Origin: Klebsormidium nitens
Taxonomy: Eukaryota > Plantae > Klebsormidiophyceae
Direction of reading: 5' to 3'
Length of the DNA stretch: 64,000 nt
NCBI GenBank assembly: GCA_000708835.1
Contig: DF238763.1
Location: 1-64,000, forward strand
In this document: in pieces, positions 7,991-20,136 of the stretch
How the letters are laid out: the number at the start of each line of letters is the position of its first letter
Position numbering within the stretch: the stretch's first letter is position 1
The notes under the pieces: model-generated
Told to the model about the DNA's origin: nothing
Database searches by the model: none
Seen by the model: only the letters and a program-made list of their open reading frames with translations
Position numbers and translations under genes: made by a program

Positions 7991-10375
7991 ATGCTTATCG
8001 AAACTGGTCATTATTTTTTAGCTTTTAGCGCTTTTCTTCTTTTTACCCAATCTTCTTTTTTTTTAGCATTGACTGCTGTAACATTGCTTTTTTCTTTGTT
8101 TTGCTTATTCGTAAGCTACGCTTGCTCGGACTTTTCAGTAATAAATGTTTTTATAAATTCAAATCATCAACTCCCTGTTTTTTATAAAATTTCAGGAGCT
8201 TGGTCAAATCACGAAGGCAGTATGCTTTTATGGGCTTGGATCTTAAGCTTCTTTTGCATATTGTTCTTAATAAGATCTCGCCTCAGCGCTCAAGCAATAC
8301 ACATCCGACCACAATTAGTATTCAGCTGTATCTTATTCTACTTTTGTATCTTCTTATTTGCGACATCCAACCCTTACCTTAGGCTTTTATTGATTTCACC
8401 AGAAGCTATGGCAGAGCTCAATCCAGTTCTGCAAGATCCTATCTTAGCTATACACCCCCCTCTTATTTATGCAGGATATGTTGCAAGCGCGATTGCATTT
8501 GCGGTATGCTTATCCATTTGTATAAAATCATATAAAACGGGAAAAGATTTTCGCAGCCTTTATAAGCGGAAAGATCGTATTCAAGCAGCGCTCAAAGCAG
8601 TTTCTTCATTTTCCGTGCGCTTGATTCACTCCAAAAAAGGCCAAAACGTTTGGAACAAAGAGCCACTAATGGGGCTGTTGCCCCCTGCTTCGCTGAAAAA
8701 AAAAGTTTTTTTTTTCTCTACGCTCCAATCCCCTTCGGGGAGTAGCTCTTCGCTGAAAAAAAAGTTTTTTTTTTTATCTTCGCTCCAATCCCCTTCGGGG
8801 AGTGGCTCTTCGCTCCACACTTTTAAAAAGTGTGGCTCTTCGCTCCAATCTCCTTCGGAGAGAGGCTCTTCGCTCCCCGAAGGGAAATGGAGCGAAGAGA
8901 AAAAACTTTTTTTTGAACCAAATGAAACAAAAAAAAGAGTCTTTTTTTTGAGTGCAGCGAGGCAACCTGTCAAAGCCATCCCTTTGAGTGAGGCAAAGAA
9001 TCAAGATACAATAGTGTCGGGTTCAGACTTATCAGTCATTAGGGCTTATCAAGATTGGGGGTGGAAAGAGATCCGTATTTGGACTCTGATTTGCTGGTGC
9101 TTCTTAACTGTAGGAATTCTTTTAGGGAGTTGGTGGGCATACCATGAGCTTGGTTGGGGAGGCTGGTGGTTTTGGGATCCTGTTGAGAACGCGTCTTTTA
9201 TGCCATGGGTCTTATCAACTGGCTTAGCCCATTCTATCTTGTATGCCCATTTAAGGCTTTGGACAGTGTTTTTTAGTTTTGCTATATTTCTATTGAGTCT
9301 GCTAGGCACGTTCTTTGTTCGCTCGGGTTTTTTAGCTTCTGTTCATAGCTTTGCAAGTGATTCCAGCCGTGGTCTATTCTTTCTTATCTTTTTAACTGGC
9401 CTTGTGATCCTCTGTACTCTCGTTTTCTACCAATTTTGCTCTTATTCGAAGAGGTTTCTAGAGATAGAGAATAAGAAAAAAATTGCCCAAGCAGCACAGC
9501 AAAAAAAAGGAGTGAAAAAAGCTGAGTCTTTCACTAGGATTCAAAGCTTGTTTGCGCTTATTGTTTGCACTGTAGTTTTGTGTGGAACTGCGGCTCCTGT
9601 TCTTTTTTCACTCATTTTTGGACGCGACGTATCTGCGGGAGCACCTTTCTTTAATGGCACCATACTCCCAATATCAGGCGCTCTTTTGATCCTCTGTATC
9701 TTCGCTCAACTTGACAATCGATCTTTCTTCAATATCCTTTTTTGTCTATTCATCTGTGTTGTGAACACAGTTCTAGCCTATTTCATAGGAGGCCTGCCGA
9801 TTACTGAATCTTTGTTCTTTTCCATTGCTTTTTTGTTATTCTATACGCTTTTATGGAAAAGCCGTACAAGCATGCAGCTTGCTCATGGTGGGTTGTGTGC
9901 TTTTATTGCAGGCATAATCTTTTCAAATCCTTACAAGTCACAAGCAACCCAAATGCTTCAGATAGGTGATCTTTTCTGTATTGATAAGAACACCCTTTTG
10001 ATTTTAAGAGGGATTGATCAGCTCTACGGGCCCACCTTTCAATCAATTTGCGCCAATCTATTTGTACAACCCAATCAATTGGGCTCAAAAACAAATCATT
10101 TCGTTGAAAACAATAGCGGTTTTCCTATATTTCCAGAAAAGCGATTTTATTATTCGCAGACAGATAGTAGCACAACAAAGGTTGCAGTCCAAACAAATGG
10201 CTTTTCTGATGTATATGCGCTCATAGGGAGCGGCAATATTGAAACAGGATGGTATACTACAGTGATCAAATTACCATTCATTGCTTGCATTTGGATTGGT
10301 TTTTTCATATCATCTTTAGGGGGGGGGTTCAGCCTTTCAAAACAATTGAAGATGCCTCATCTTTTTTGGATGTAA
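7991..10375 (+). CDS. ccmF: Cytochrome c maturation protein CcmF (unsplit N+C), with an in-frame repeat-derived insertion
   Basis: WSNHEGSMLLW, LAIHPPLIYAGY, tryptophan-rich WGGWWFWDPVENASFMPW and SVHSFA motifs; C-terminal CcmFC-like LPFIACIWIG. Confidence 0.95.
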   Translation: MLIETGHYFLAFSAFLLFTQSSFFLALTAVTLLFSLFCLFVSYACSDFSVINVFINSNHQLPVFYKISGAWSNHEGSMLLWAWILSFFCILFLIRSRLSAQAIHIRPQLVFSCILFYFCIFLFATSNPYLRLLLISPEAMAELNPVLQDPILAIHPPLIYAGYVASAIAFAVCLSICIKSYKTGKDFRSLYKRKDRIQAALKAVSSFSVRLIHSKKGQNVWNKEPLMGLLPPASLKKKVFFFSTLQSPSGSSSSLKKKFFFLSSLQSPSGSGSSLHTFKKCGSSLQSPSERGSSLPEGKWSEEKKLFFEPNETKKRVFFLSAARQPVKAIPLSEAKNQDTIVSGSDLSVIRAYQDWGWKEIRIWTLICWCFLTVGILLGSWWAYHELGWGGWWFWDPVENASFMPWVLSTGLAHSILYAHLRLWTVFFSFAIFLLSLLGTFFVRSGFLASVHSFASDSSRGLFFLIFLTGLVILCTLVFYQFCSYSKRFLEIENKKKIAQAAQQKKGVKKAESFTRIQSLFALIVCTVVLCGTAAPVLFSLIFGRDVSAGAPFFNGTILPISGALLILCIFAQLDNRSFFNILFCLFICVVNTVLAYFIGGLPITESLFFSIAFLLFYTLLWKSRTSMQLAHGGLCAFIAGIIFSNPYKSQATQMLQIGDLFCIDKNTLLILRGIDQLYGPTFQSICANLFVQPNQLGSKTNHFVENNSGFPIFPEKRFYYSQTDSSTTKVAVQTNGFSDVYALIGSGNIETGWYTTVIKLPFIACIWIGFFISSLGGGFSLSKQLKMPHLFWM

Positions 10376-10958
10376 CTTTACTTGATCTTTCAAAGAGTTG
10401 AATAAATCAAAGAACTTGTTGAATAGAGAATAAGCCCCAAGGTAAAAAATCAAAGCATAAAGTTCTAACCCAGAGATTGAATACAATGATTATTCTAAAC
10501 GCCTATGCTATACCTTAAACCCAATAACTATAGCCCAGAAATGCGCCCCAATAGAGAAGAGCGAGACGAGAGTCATCCAGCAGAAAAAGCAGTTTTATGC
10601 GTCAACACAAAGAAAAACAGCAAAATTTTTAGCTATTCTTTTTTTTGCTTTTTTTACAGAAAAAAAGCTGTAGGCTCAGGCTTAGTGGGATTGTCGATCC
10701 CCATTTTCTATTTGAAAAAGAAACGCGAGCAAGCACGCTGTACTCGGCTCTCTTTTTTTATTGAGGAGGTTGAAGTACCAGGCTGCGCTGAGCAAAAATC
10801 AATTTTTCAGCCTAGCGGGGTTCGAAAAGCTTTTTTTTTTGCATGCGAGAGACAAAGATTCAAGGCTTTCCTTTCTTTCCCACTCACTTCTTCTTTTTTA
10901 TTATCACTCCCAGTTACTTCCATCTTTTTTGGCCGCGAGAGAAAAGCCTGCTACTAAG

Positions 10959-11029
10959 CTGGAGTAAAAGGATTCGAACCTCTGATCACGGTACCAAAAA
11001 CCGATGCCTTTCCACTTGGCTATACTCCA
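10959..11029 (-). tRNA. trnQ: tRNA-Gln(UUG)
   Basis: TGGAGTA/TACTCCA acceptor, anticodon loop TT-TTG-GT. Confidence 0.95.
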
Positions 11030-12108
11030 AAAACGATCAAACTTTAAATGATGATTGAGCACGGAAGATGGGGCGCGACAGCCCTTTAACTCCCCCTTTT
11101 CTACAGTTTTTTGTAAGTGTACGACACTTTGAAAGCTTTTTGCTGTTTGCTTTTCATATTGAAGCAAATGAATTCAAAAATATACAAACGCTATTTTCTA
11201 CGCGCTTTTCTAGAATAACCGTTGGAAATAGAAAAACTAGAACAAAGTGGGGCACGCCAGTGCCACGAATGAAATCAAAAAAGAGATTTTTTTGAATTCA
11301 ATCACTCCCCCCGGGAGTGGAATGAAATCAAAAAAGAGATTTTTTTGAATGAAATCACCCCCTCTCAAGAGTGGAATCAACAGCTATTTGCCCAAAGGAA
11401 TTTTTAGGGAAGAGTTCGTTTCGCTAAAAACAACATTATTCTCGGAAGGGAGTAGAACAACGTGGTAGGCGACAGCCTCACTAATGCAGTCATTTCTTTT
11501 CAATAGAAGTAGAACGAAACCACTCCACTCCCAACCGGGATTTTTGCTCCCAATAGGGAGTGGAACAATGGAAAAAAAGAGATTGTTTTGAGCAAAATCA
11601 CTTCAAATTTGTTGAAAAATGTGGAGTGAAGAGCCACGCTCCGTAGGGGATTGGAGTGAAAAAAAAGAGTTTTTTATTTCAGCGCAGCCCACTTTCTCTT
11701 GGAATTCATTAGTGGCACTGGCGTGCCCCACTTTGTTCCACTCCCGGAGAGGAAGTGATTTCATTCAAAAAAATCTCTTTTTTGATTTCATTCCACTCCC
11801 GGGGGGAGTGATTTCATTCGTGGGCGATCGCCCAAGTAGCAAAGAGAAAAAAAGACTTTCAGCGCAGCTGGAGGCGACAGCCTAAGGAATGAAATCACTC
11901 CCCCCGGGAGTGGAATGAAATGAGAGGCGCTATCCTCACTCACAAAGTTACTACTGGGGTAAGCGCCCACTGCTTCACTAGAAAAACAGTCTGTTTTTCT
12001 AGTGAAGCAGTGGGCGCTTACCCAAACAGCACAGCAAAAAATACTTTTTTTTTTCTTTGTTTTCTAAACAAAATCTCCCCTTTCTCTTTTAAGAATCACT
12101 TCATTTTT

Positions 12109-13098
12109 TTATACAGGCAACCACTCAAAAGCAACAAGGACTCCTGAAACAAAAACAACCCATGCTAAAGAGAAAGGTAAAAACACTTTCCATCCAAGTC
12201 TCATGAGCATATCGTACCTGTAACGAGGAAAAGCAGCTCGTACCCATATATAGCTAAATAAAAAGAAGAGTACTTTTAAACTAAACCAAACACTTCCAGG
12301 AATCCAGTAAAAAATTGCCCAATTGATAGGTGGTAACCATCCGCCAAAAAAGAAAATAGCGCATAGGCTGCTCATTAAAATCATATTTGCATATTCTCCT
12401 AGAAAGAAAAGAGCAAATCCCATACTTGCATACTCCACATTATAACCAGCAACGAGCTCTGCTTCAGCTTCCGGCAAATCAAATGGAGCTCGATTTGTTT
12501 CTGCAAGACAAGAAATAAAGAACAAAACAGCTAGTGGAAACAATGGAATACAAAACCATATCTGTTTTTGCGCTAAAACAATCGCTGTAAAGTTGAGTGA
12601 ACCAACGCATAACAAAACCGTTATAAGGATTAACCCTATCGAAACTTCATAAGATACCATTTGTGCAGCGGAGCGTAACCCACCAAGGAACGCATATTTC
12701 GAGTTACTAGACCAACCCGCAGTAATAATGCCATAAACACCTAAAGAAGAGATTGCAAACATATAAAGAACCCCCACATTGCAGTCAGAGAGTACATGTC
12801 CGTACTCAAAAGGAATCACTGCCCAAGCAATTAAGCTTAAAACAAAAGTCAAGACAGGCGCCATTAAGAAAAGCACCAAATTGGCACTGCTTGGCAACAC
12901 GGGCTCTTTTACAACAAGCTTTAAACCATCTGCTATTGGTTGTAGCAAACCAAAAAGCCCAACAACATTCGGCCCTTTTCTTCGTTGCATAGAGGCCATA
13001 ACCTTGCGCTCAGCAAGAACCATGAAAGCCACTGCTAACAGCAGAGGAACAATAATCCCAAGTATTTGTACGATAGTCGTTATAATGTAAAGTTGCAT
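12109..13098 (-). CDS. nad1: NADH dehydrogenase subunit 1
   Basis: [43 protein letters not shown] and PRYRYD motifs. Confidence 0.99.
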   Translation of the reverse strand: MQLYIITTIVQILGIIVPLLLAVAFMVLAERKVMASMQRRKGPNVVGLFGLLQPIADGLKLVVKEPVLPSSANLVLFLMAPVLTFVLSLIAWAVIPFEYGHVLSDCNVGVLYMFAISSLGVYGIITAGWSSNSKYAFLGGLRSAAQMVSYEVSIGLILITVLLCVGSLNFTAIVLAQKQIWFCIPLFPLAVLFFISCLAETNRAPFDLPEAEAELVAGYNVEYASMGFALFFLGEYANMILMSSLCAIFFFGGWLPPINWAIFYWIPGSVWFSLKVLFFLFSYIWVRAAFPRYRYDMLMRLGWKVFLPFSLAWVVFVSGVLVAFEWLPV

Positions 13099-13520
13099 GT
13101 TTAATTGAAAGAATTGGCAGCGAATAGCCGCTTGCCTTAAAAAGCAAAAAACCTTTTTTTTGCTGTGCTGTTTGCGCTTAAGCCCAGGGCTTATTTCTTT
13201 TTTACTCTAAGAGGAGAAAGGAGAGTGACTCTGTTCTTTTTGAAGAAAGTGATATGCAGTAGGAAACACCAGCCCTATAAGCAAAGCCAGAAAGACATTG
13301 TTTTGAACACAGTTTCTTTTGCGAGGTATAAAATGGGAACAAATGCTGATGAGACTGAAAAGAGATTTGCATCTCTCATTTTATAAGTTTCTTAATTTTC
13401 TCCAATCCTTTACGCGGATAGGCTCTGCACTCCAACAACATAGCCTCTTTATACCAAGAGTGATTGTGTTGTTTAGAGCAGTACCTTTTTTCGTATACAG
13501 TGCTTGATCTTTTACAAAAC

Positions 13521-13961
13521 TTACCACCATCGATAATGTAAAAAGGCCCGGTTATCTTCGGCTTTTCGATGTAAATCCTCTCTTTTTTTCCGAGCGTGGC
13601 CTTTTCTTTGAGAAGCATTCACAATCTCTGTAATCAAACATCGAGCGATTGTATTATGTCTTTTTCGTTCTTGAATCGCTGACTGTACAATCCATCGAAT
13701 AGCCATAGTCTCTTGTCGTTGTGCTTTGAGGAGGGCAGGAACTTCATACGTTTTGCCCCCAATTCGAACCTTTCGTACCTCTAAAATAGGCTTAACATTT
13801 TCAACTGCACTTGTTACTGAGACTGGCAGGGTTAAAAGAACTTTATACAAAATTGCGCGCGATTTGGCTTTTTTGCCAGAAGTCATAAATAAGTTTATTA
13901 ATTTTTCAATAAGTCTGTCTTCATTTGGGTTAGACAATCGGTTTAAAAACGGGTTTATCAT
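13521..13961 (-). CDS. rps7: Ribosomal protein S7
   Basis: FMTSGKKAKS, VKPILEVRKVRIGGKTYEVP, AEDNRAFLHYRWW; follows rps12. Confidence 0.97.
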   Translation of the reverse strand: MINPFLNRLSNPNEDRLIEKLINLFMTSGKKAKSRAILYKVLLTLPVSVTSAVENVKPILEVRKVRIGGKTYEVPALLKAQRQETMAIRWIVQSAIQERKRHNTIARCLITEIVNASQRKGHARKKREDLHRKAEDNRAFLHYRWW

Positions 13962-14142
13962 GATTTATTCACGTTAGTTGAGTTGTGAGTCCAACAAAAA
14001 GGTATAGAAAAAAAGCTTTATTATGAATCTTTTTTTAGCAAAGAAGTGAAGTTTGCAAATTGACTCTTCCTTTCTTTGTGTTTTTCGTATGTTGCTTGAA
14101 AGAATCATAAGCTTTCATTCACAGATCTTATTGTTACACTTA

Positions 14143-14523
14143 CTAAAAATGACCCTTAAGTCTTTTTGTACCATATTTTGATCGGCCTTGCCGACGAGCA
14201 GGTATGCCATACAAATCTAAAACTCCCCGAATAATATGGTATTTCACTCCTGGTAAATCCTGAACTCTACCACCTCGTAGAAGCACGACAGAGTGCTCTT
14301 GTAATAGATGTCCTTCTCCAGGAATATATGCAATGACCTCTTTCCCATTGCTTAAACGAACTTTTGCTATTTTTCGAAGTGCCGAGTTAGGTTTTTTAGG
14401 TGTTCTTGTAGACACTCGTATACAGATTCCCTTCTTTTGAGGGCACCCCTGCAAAGCTCGAGTTCGGCTTGATCGATGCTTTGGTTTTCGGTTTTCACGA
14501 ATTAATTGATTGATCGTAGGCAT
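14143..14523 (-). CDS. rps12: Ribosomal protein S12
   Basis: [17 protein letters not shown] and [11 protein letters not shown] motifs. Confidence 0.99.
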   Translation of the reverse strand: MPTINQLIRENRKPKHRSSRTRALQGCPQKKGICIRVSTRTPKKPNSALRKIAKVRLSNGKEVIAYIPGEGHLLQEHSVVLLRGGRVQDLPGVKYHIIRGVLDLYGIPARRQGRSKYGTKRLKGHF

Positions 14524-14969
14524 CTTTTTTATAAGTTTAAATATTCAAACAATTCTTGGTAGCAGTTTCTTGGTAGCAGTTAGCCGATGAAAAAAAAAGC
14601 CCTCTTAACCCTCACCTTTCTGTTTATTTATTGCAAAAAGCCATTTGCAAAGAGAAAAAAAAATATCTCTTTGTCAAAATCAAATGGGCATACGTGGATA
14701 GCTTATAGCAATAGGTCTGTTGTTTTTCGAACAATGAATTGCTCGGGATAAAGCATGCTTTCGATTTCTTATATTCTGCCAAGATTGGCGTTTACTCGCT
14801 TTTCTAAAATGCAGTATAAAAGAGCTTATTTTCTTGATTGGTACTCTCAAAATGCTTTGTAGGGGGTTATTTGAGTTGAATTCACAAACAAGACAGAGAT
14901 TTGTAAAAAAATTGTTGTCATTGAATCTTTTTCGTTTTGTGAAAACAAGTTCAGAAAAGCAGACACCAA

Positions 14970-15041
14970 AGCGGAAAAGGGGATTCGAACCCCCGACCTT
15001 AGCTTTGGCAAAGCTACACTCTGCCATTGAGCTACTTCCGC
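14970..15041 (-). tRNA. trnG: tRNA-Gly(GCC)
   Basis: GCGGAAG/TTTCCGC acceptor, anticodon arm TAGCT-TTGCCAA-AGCTA. Confidence 0.96.
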
Positions 15042-15358
15042 GAGCTGTTATTTGAAAAATTTTTTTATAAAACGCAGTCACCTCTAAAACGAGTGGAAGA
15101 AAGTGGGGCACGCCATTGCCACAAATGAAATAAAAAAAGAGATTTTTTTGAATGAAGTGGGGCACGCTAGTGCCACTAATAAAATAGCTACCCCCAAAGG
15201 AGTAAAGCGAAAAGCCACGCTTTTCAAAAGTGTGGTTTTGTGGATTGTTAGCCCAAACACTCTTATGCTATGAATGACAGAAGCTGCTCAGACTTTTAGC
15301 GATTGCTTTGATTGATTTGAATTGATTGTTTTTCGTTTCTCAATAAAACTCAATCAAT

Positions 15359-15432
15359 TGAGCCGAGGCTGACTTGAACAGCCGACTTTACGCTTATCAG
15401 GCGTATACTCTAACCAACTGAGTTACCGGCTC
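15359..15432 (-). tRNA. trnI: tRNA-Ile(GAU)
   Basis: Anticodon arm TACGC-CTGATAA-GCGTA, canonical cloverleaf. Confidence 0.96.
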
Positions 15433-15876
15433 AAATCATTGTTTTTAACATGAATACACGCTAGAATATAAAAGATTGAACGTTGTGTTGGTTTATCTAG
15501 CTCAATGTTAGGCCTAAAATCTTTGAACATTCTTGCACACTCCAATCCCTTATGGAGATTCAAGTAGCTCTTCGCTGGAAAAAGAGATTTTTTATGGGGG
15601 CAACAGCCCCATTAGTGGCTCTTCGCTCCACATTTTCGAAAAGTGTGGCTGTTCCCTCCACCAAAAAGAACTTGTGTAGTAGAGATTGCTCAAATCTTAG
15701 AAGGCAATTGCTCCCATTCTAAAATACTGCTTATTCAAGTTTTTCGGAAAAGGTATAAAGATACAAATAAAAAACGCGGTGAAGAGGTATTGAGGCACTT
15801 CTCTGGAATAATCTTCACTAAATTCAAAAAAGTCACAAAAATTGCAGAATTTTGATTTCAATAAAAAGAATTGAAA

Positions 15877-15948
15877 TATCCCCTACGGGATTCGAACCCG
15901 TGTCGTCGCCATGAAAAAGCGATGTCCTAACCCCTAGACGAAAGGGAC
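15877..15948 (-). tRNA. trnE: tRNA-Glu(UUC)
   Basis: GTCCCTT/AGGGGAT acceptor, anticodon loop TT-TTC-AT. Confidence 0.95.
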
Positions 15949-15950
15949 TT

Positions 15951-16024
15951 GTGCTTGTAGCTCAATTGGATAGAGTGCTAAACTACGAATTTAGATGCTG
16001 AAAGTTCAAATCTTTCCAAGCACA
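15951..16024 (+). tRNA. trnR: tRNA-Arg(ACG)
   Basis: GTGCTTG/CAAGCAC acceptor, anticodon arm CTAAA-CTACGAA-TTTAG. Confidence 0.96.
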
Positions 16025-17028
16025 AATATAAAAACCATTCTTGTGATAACAACCAAGGATCAGAACGCTGATAAAAGAAATAGCAAACTTATAAAGCAAA
16101 GAATAAAAAAAAACAAATCAAAACTTTGCTACTTGTATTTGCTATCTTTCTGTATTCATACACACAATTGATCTTTTTTTTTTTGGTAGCTAGCGCTTTT
16201 TTCACTAGGGTGCAATCTCTGAACTATAGAATTTTAATACAGTAAAATAATCAAATTTTTTACTAAATTCGCTCCCAGTAGAGATCAGGGGTGGTACCTT
16301 TTAGGGGGCAGTAGCCACACTAAATAAGCGAAGCCGTACTTAAAGTATGTAGCGCAATAGGGAGGGCTTAAGTCCACCAAAATCAAAAATCTTTTAAAAT
16401 CGAAAGTTATTTTTTTTTATAAATCTTTTTATCAGTAATTAAAAGAATAAATCCTGGTTTTGATTGAAAAGTATATTGTTTTGAACTGGGTTGAAAATAT
16501 TTTTTCTTTTTTCAAAACACAAAACATCATTAAAAAAATCATTGAAGTGATTGAAAACCTTTTTTCTTGTGTAAAGCTTCAAAGAATGAGTCATTCTTTT
16601 TTTGGGTAGGCGTGAGCCCCTAGCTGCGCTAAAAAAAAGAGTGCTTTTTTTTGCTTCATTGATGGGCTTAAACGACTTACTACCTACGACACTTTAGAAA
16701 AAGACAGCTCTCCGCGACTGGAACTCGCGTTTCTCAGATTCGCTCTATCCTTTGTCAGCAGTTCCTTTTCGTTCCAATCCCCTAAGGAACGAAGTCGCTC
16801 TCCCCCAAGGGGAGTGGAACGAAGTAAAAAAGGGTTTTTTTGAACAAAGTCGCTCGCCCCAAAGGGGAGTGAAACGAAATAAAAAAAAAGATTTTTTTTA
16901 AATAGGCTCTGCGTTCATTTGTTACACTAAAAAAAAGGGGGGGGGGGGGGATTCTATGTTGCTCCCCCCCCCTGTACTCACTTTTTGAAAAGAGTAGCAA
17001 TTCTATTCGAAATTATACAAATCAAACT

Positions 17029-17787
17029 ATGCTTATTTGTAGCCCTCTAGAGCAATTTGCTATTGTGCCGTTGATTCCTATATGGATAGGCAATCTCTAT
17101 CTCTCTTTTACAAATTCTTCTTTTTTTATGCTATTAGCGATAAGCCTTGCTTTGCTTTTTTTTCATATGGTTACCGTCAATGGCGGACATATTGTGCCAA
17201 ATGCTTGGCAATCCGTTGTTGAGATGATTTATGAGTTTGTACTCAATCTTGTGAATGAGCAAATCAGTGGCAATTCCACAAAACAACGATTCTTCCCAAT
17301 AATCTTTGTAATATTTACTTTCTTATTGTTTTGCAATTGTATTGGTATGATCCCATACAGCTTTACTGTAACAAGTCATTTCATTGTTACTTTTGCGCTT
17401 TCTCTCTCAATCTTTATTGGCATTACAATTGTCGGCTTTCAAACTCATGGCCTTCATTTCTTTAGTTTTTTATTGCCTCAAGGTGTACCACTCCCACTCG
17501 CTCCTTTTTTAGTCTTACTTGAATTAATATCTTATTGCTTCCGCGCTTTAAGCTTAGGAATCCGGCTGTTTGCAAACATGATGGCTGGGCATAGTTTAGT
17601 AAAAATCTTAAGCGGTTTTGCTTGGACAATGCTCTCTATGGGTGGAATCATGTATATAGCCTCGTTAGCTCCGTTCTTGATTGTATTTGCTTTAACTGGT
17701 TTAGAATTAGGTGTAGCAGTGTTACAGGCTTATGTATTTACAATCTTGCTTTGCATTTATTTAAATGATGCTATTAATCTTCATTAA
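17029..17787 (+). CDS. atp6: ATP synthase subunit a
   Basis: SPLEQF start region, GMIPYSFTVTSH, catalytic Arg in LGIRLFANMMAGH, LQAYVF. Confidence 0.99.
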   Translation: MLICSPLEQFAIVPLIPIWIGNLYLSFTNSSFFMLLAISLALLFFHMVTVNGGHIVPNAWQSVVEMIYEFVLNLVNEQISGNSTKQRFFPIIFVIFTFLLFCNCIGMIPYSFTVTSHFIVTFALSLSIFIGITIVGFQTHGLHFFSFLLPQGVPLPLAPFLVLLELISYCFRALSLGIRLFANMMAGHSLVKILSGFAWTMLSMGGIMYIASLAPFLIVFALTGLELGVAVLQAYVFTILLCIYLNDAINLH

Positions 17788-18943
17788 GCATCCGATTTAT
17801 GCTTGCTCCAAGAAGCAAGCCTAAATAAAAAGAAGAGTTGGGGTTATTATGACAATATACTTCTCCAAAAACAGTTTTTTGAAGATAGCTTTGCCTGCTT
17901 TTTTGGCTCTAGTGTAGCGTAAAGCTTATCTCCGTAGGGAATTGGAGCGAAGAGTCACACTTTCAAAAAGTGTGGAGCGTAGATAAAAAAAAAACTTTTT
18001 TTTTCAGCGCCAGCGGGGGCGTCAGCCCCAGTAGCAAAAAGCCACTCCCATACAGGAATTGGAGCGAAGAGCCACACTTTTTGAAAGTGTGGAACAAAGT
18101 GGGGCACGTTAGTGCCACGAATTCAATCACTCCCCCCGGGAGTGGAATGAAATAAAAAAAGAGATTTTTTTGAATTCAATCACTCCCCCCGGGAGTGGAA
18201 TGAAATAAAAAAAGAGATTTTTTGAATGAAATCACTCCCCCCTCGGGAGTGCAATGAAATCACTGATGGGGCTATTGCCCCCTGCTCCGCTCCACTCCCC
18301 TCCAGGGAGTGGCTCTTCGCTCCCGATAGGGAGTGGAGCGTAGATTCAAAAAAAACTTTTTTTTCAGCGAAGGGCCACACTTTTTGAAAGTGTGGCTCTT
18401 CGCTCCACACTTTCAAAAAGTGTGGCTCTTCGCTCCACACTTTCAAAAAGTGTAGAGCGAAGCAGGGGGCAATAGCCCCATTCGTGGCTTTTCGCTCCCA
18501 TACAGGGACTGGAGCATAGAGAAAACAAAATCTTTTTTTGTCTCATCTTAATGTTAATAGGGCGTGCAAGAGAATGAGGCTGGTGCCCCGTACTTCAACG
18601 AATCTATTCATTCTTTTATTTGAGTTTTGAGTTTCCAGCTCCGCCTCAAACTTCTTTTCTAAGCAAATGTGGATCTACGCTCATCCATTTCACCCCCCTT
18701 TAGACTTCATTGCACTAGGAGGGCTACAACCCATTTGATTGGTGAGTTTATCGCCTCCAGCTAGGCGCCACTTGCGAAAACCAACACTTTATGAAAGTGT
18801 TCGCTTCAATATCCTCACTCCGCTTTCTCACTGACCTGCACCCCAAAAAGAGCAAAGGGCTTAACACCTTTGATTTCAAAAAAAGGGCTAAGGGTTTAGA
18901 AAGCTTTTTTTCAATAGCCAAACAGAATTTTATCAATCGAAAT

Positions 18944-19573
18944 ATGACAATTGAAACAGTACTCTTCTCTCTTTTTTCTAGCATTGCGTTAATCTCCGGG
19001 CTTATGGTCATACGAGCAAAGAATCCTATTCACTCTGTGCTCTTCTTAATCTTAGTCTTTTGTAATGTATCTGGCTTACTAGTACTATTAGGTGTTGAAT
19101 TCTTTGCAATGATCTTTTTGGTTGTTTATGTGGGGGCAATTGCAGTTCTGTTCTTATTCGTTGTAATGATGCTAAATATTCAAATTGCTGAAATGCAAGA
19201 GAATGTTCTACGCTATCTTCCAGTAGGCGGTATGGTTGGACTGATTTTTTTACTTGAGATTTTTTTAGTGATTGAAAATGATCTCATTCCCGTATTTCAA
19301 TTGACAGATTCTACAGCTCATTCGGCTTTAAACTTTGAAATGTTCGTCAATAAAATCCAATCTATTCCAAACATTGAGGCTATTGGGCAAATATTGTACA
19401 CTCATTCTTTTTACTTTTTTATTTTGGCAAGCTTAATTCTACTTGTAGCCATGATTGGCGCCATAGTGCTTACTATGCATAAGACTACACTTGTGAAAAG
19501 ACAAGAAGTTTTTAAACAGAATGCAATTGATTTTGCAAAAACAATTCATAAGATCCGCTCTGCACAAGAATAA
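18944..19573 (+). CDS. nad6: NADH dehydrogenase subunit 6 (ATG 18944; the ORF extends upstream to 18791)
   Basis: AKNPIHSVLFLILVF, VYVGAIAVLFLFVVMML, LLVAMIGAIVLT. Confidence 0.98.
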   Translation: MTIETVLFSLFSSIALISGLMVIRAKNPIHSVLFLILVFCNVSGLLVLLGVEFFAMIFLVVYVGAIAVLFLFVVMMLNIQIAEMQENVLRYLPVGGMVGLIFLLEIFLVIENDLIPVFQLTDSTAHSALNFEMFVNKIQSIPNIEAIGQILYTHSFYFFILASLILLVAMIGAIVLTMHKTTLVKRQEVFKQNAIDFAKTIHKIRSAQE

Positions 19574-19691
19574 GCTAACACAAAAAATGAGCGTAGCAAA
19601 TCACTCACGCTCTTATTAGAGGGTGGAATGAGCAAAGAGCCACGAATGGGGCTGTTGCCCCCTGCTTCGCTCTACACTTTTTGAAAGTGTT

Positions 19692-19781
19692 GAGCGAAGA
19701 GTCACTCCCCGAAGGGGATTGGAGCGAAGAGTCACTCCCCGAAGGGGATTGGAGCGAAGAGTCACTCCCCGAAGGGGATTG
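19692..19781. repeat. Tandem array, 3 x 30-nt unit GAGCGAAGAGTCACTCCCCGAAGGGGATTG
   Basis: Direct reading. Confidence 0.93.
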
Positions 19782-20136
19782 GAGCGTAGATAATAAAAGA
19801 CTTTTTTTGCAGCTTTTTCACCGTATCTCGGGCCGCTAGCTCCTTTAATCAAAAAAAGATTTTTTGGGATAAAAAAGAGGCAGCTGCCCAATCAACGTAC
19901 GGGTTGGGAGATGAAACTGAAAATTATTCCCAAAAAGAAACAAAGTCATTATAGCTCAGAGAATAAAATCAAAAAGAATTCTGTGGATGAACGAAAAAAA
20001 ATTTCGCCATTTTTTTCTTTTTTATTTTAGAAAGACTTATGATGTTCTTTTTTAGGCAGCAGTTTTTGTTTTTTTAAGGAAAGAAATAGAGATGAAATTT
20101 GTTTTTCATTGACCAATTCTTTACTAAGCTTTGTTT

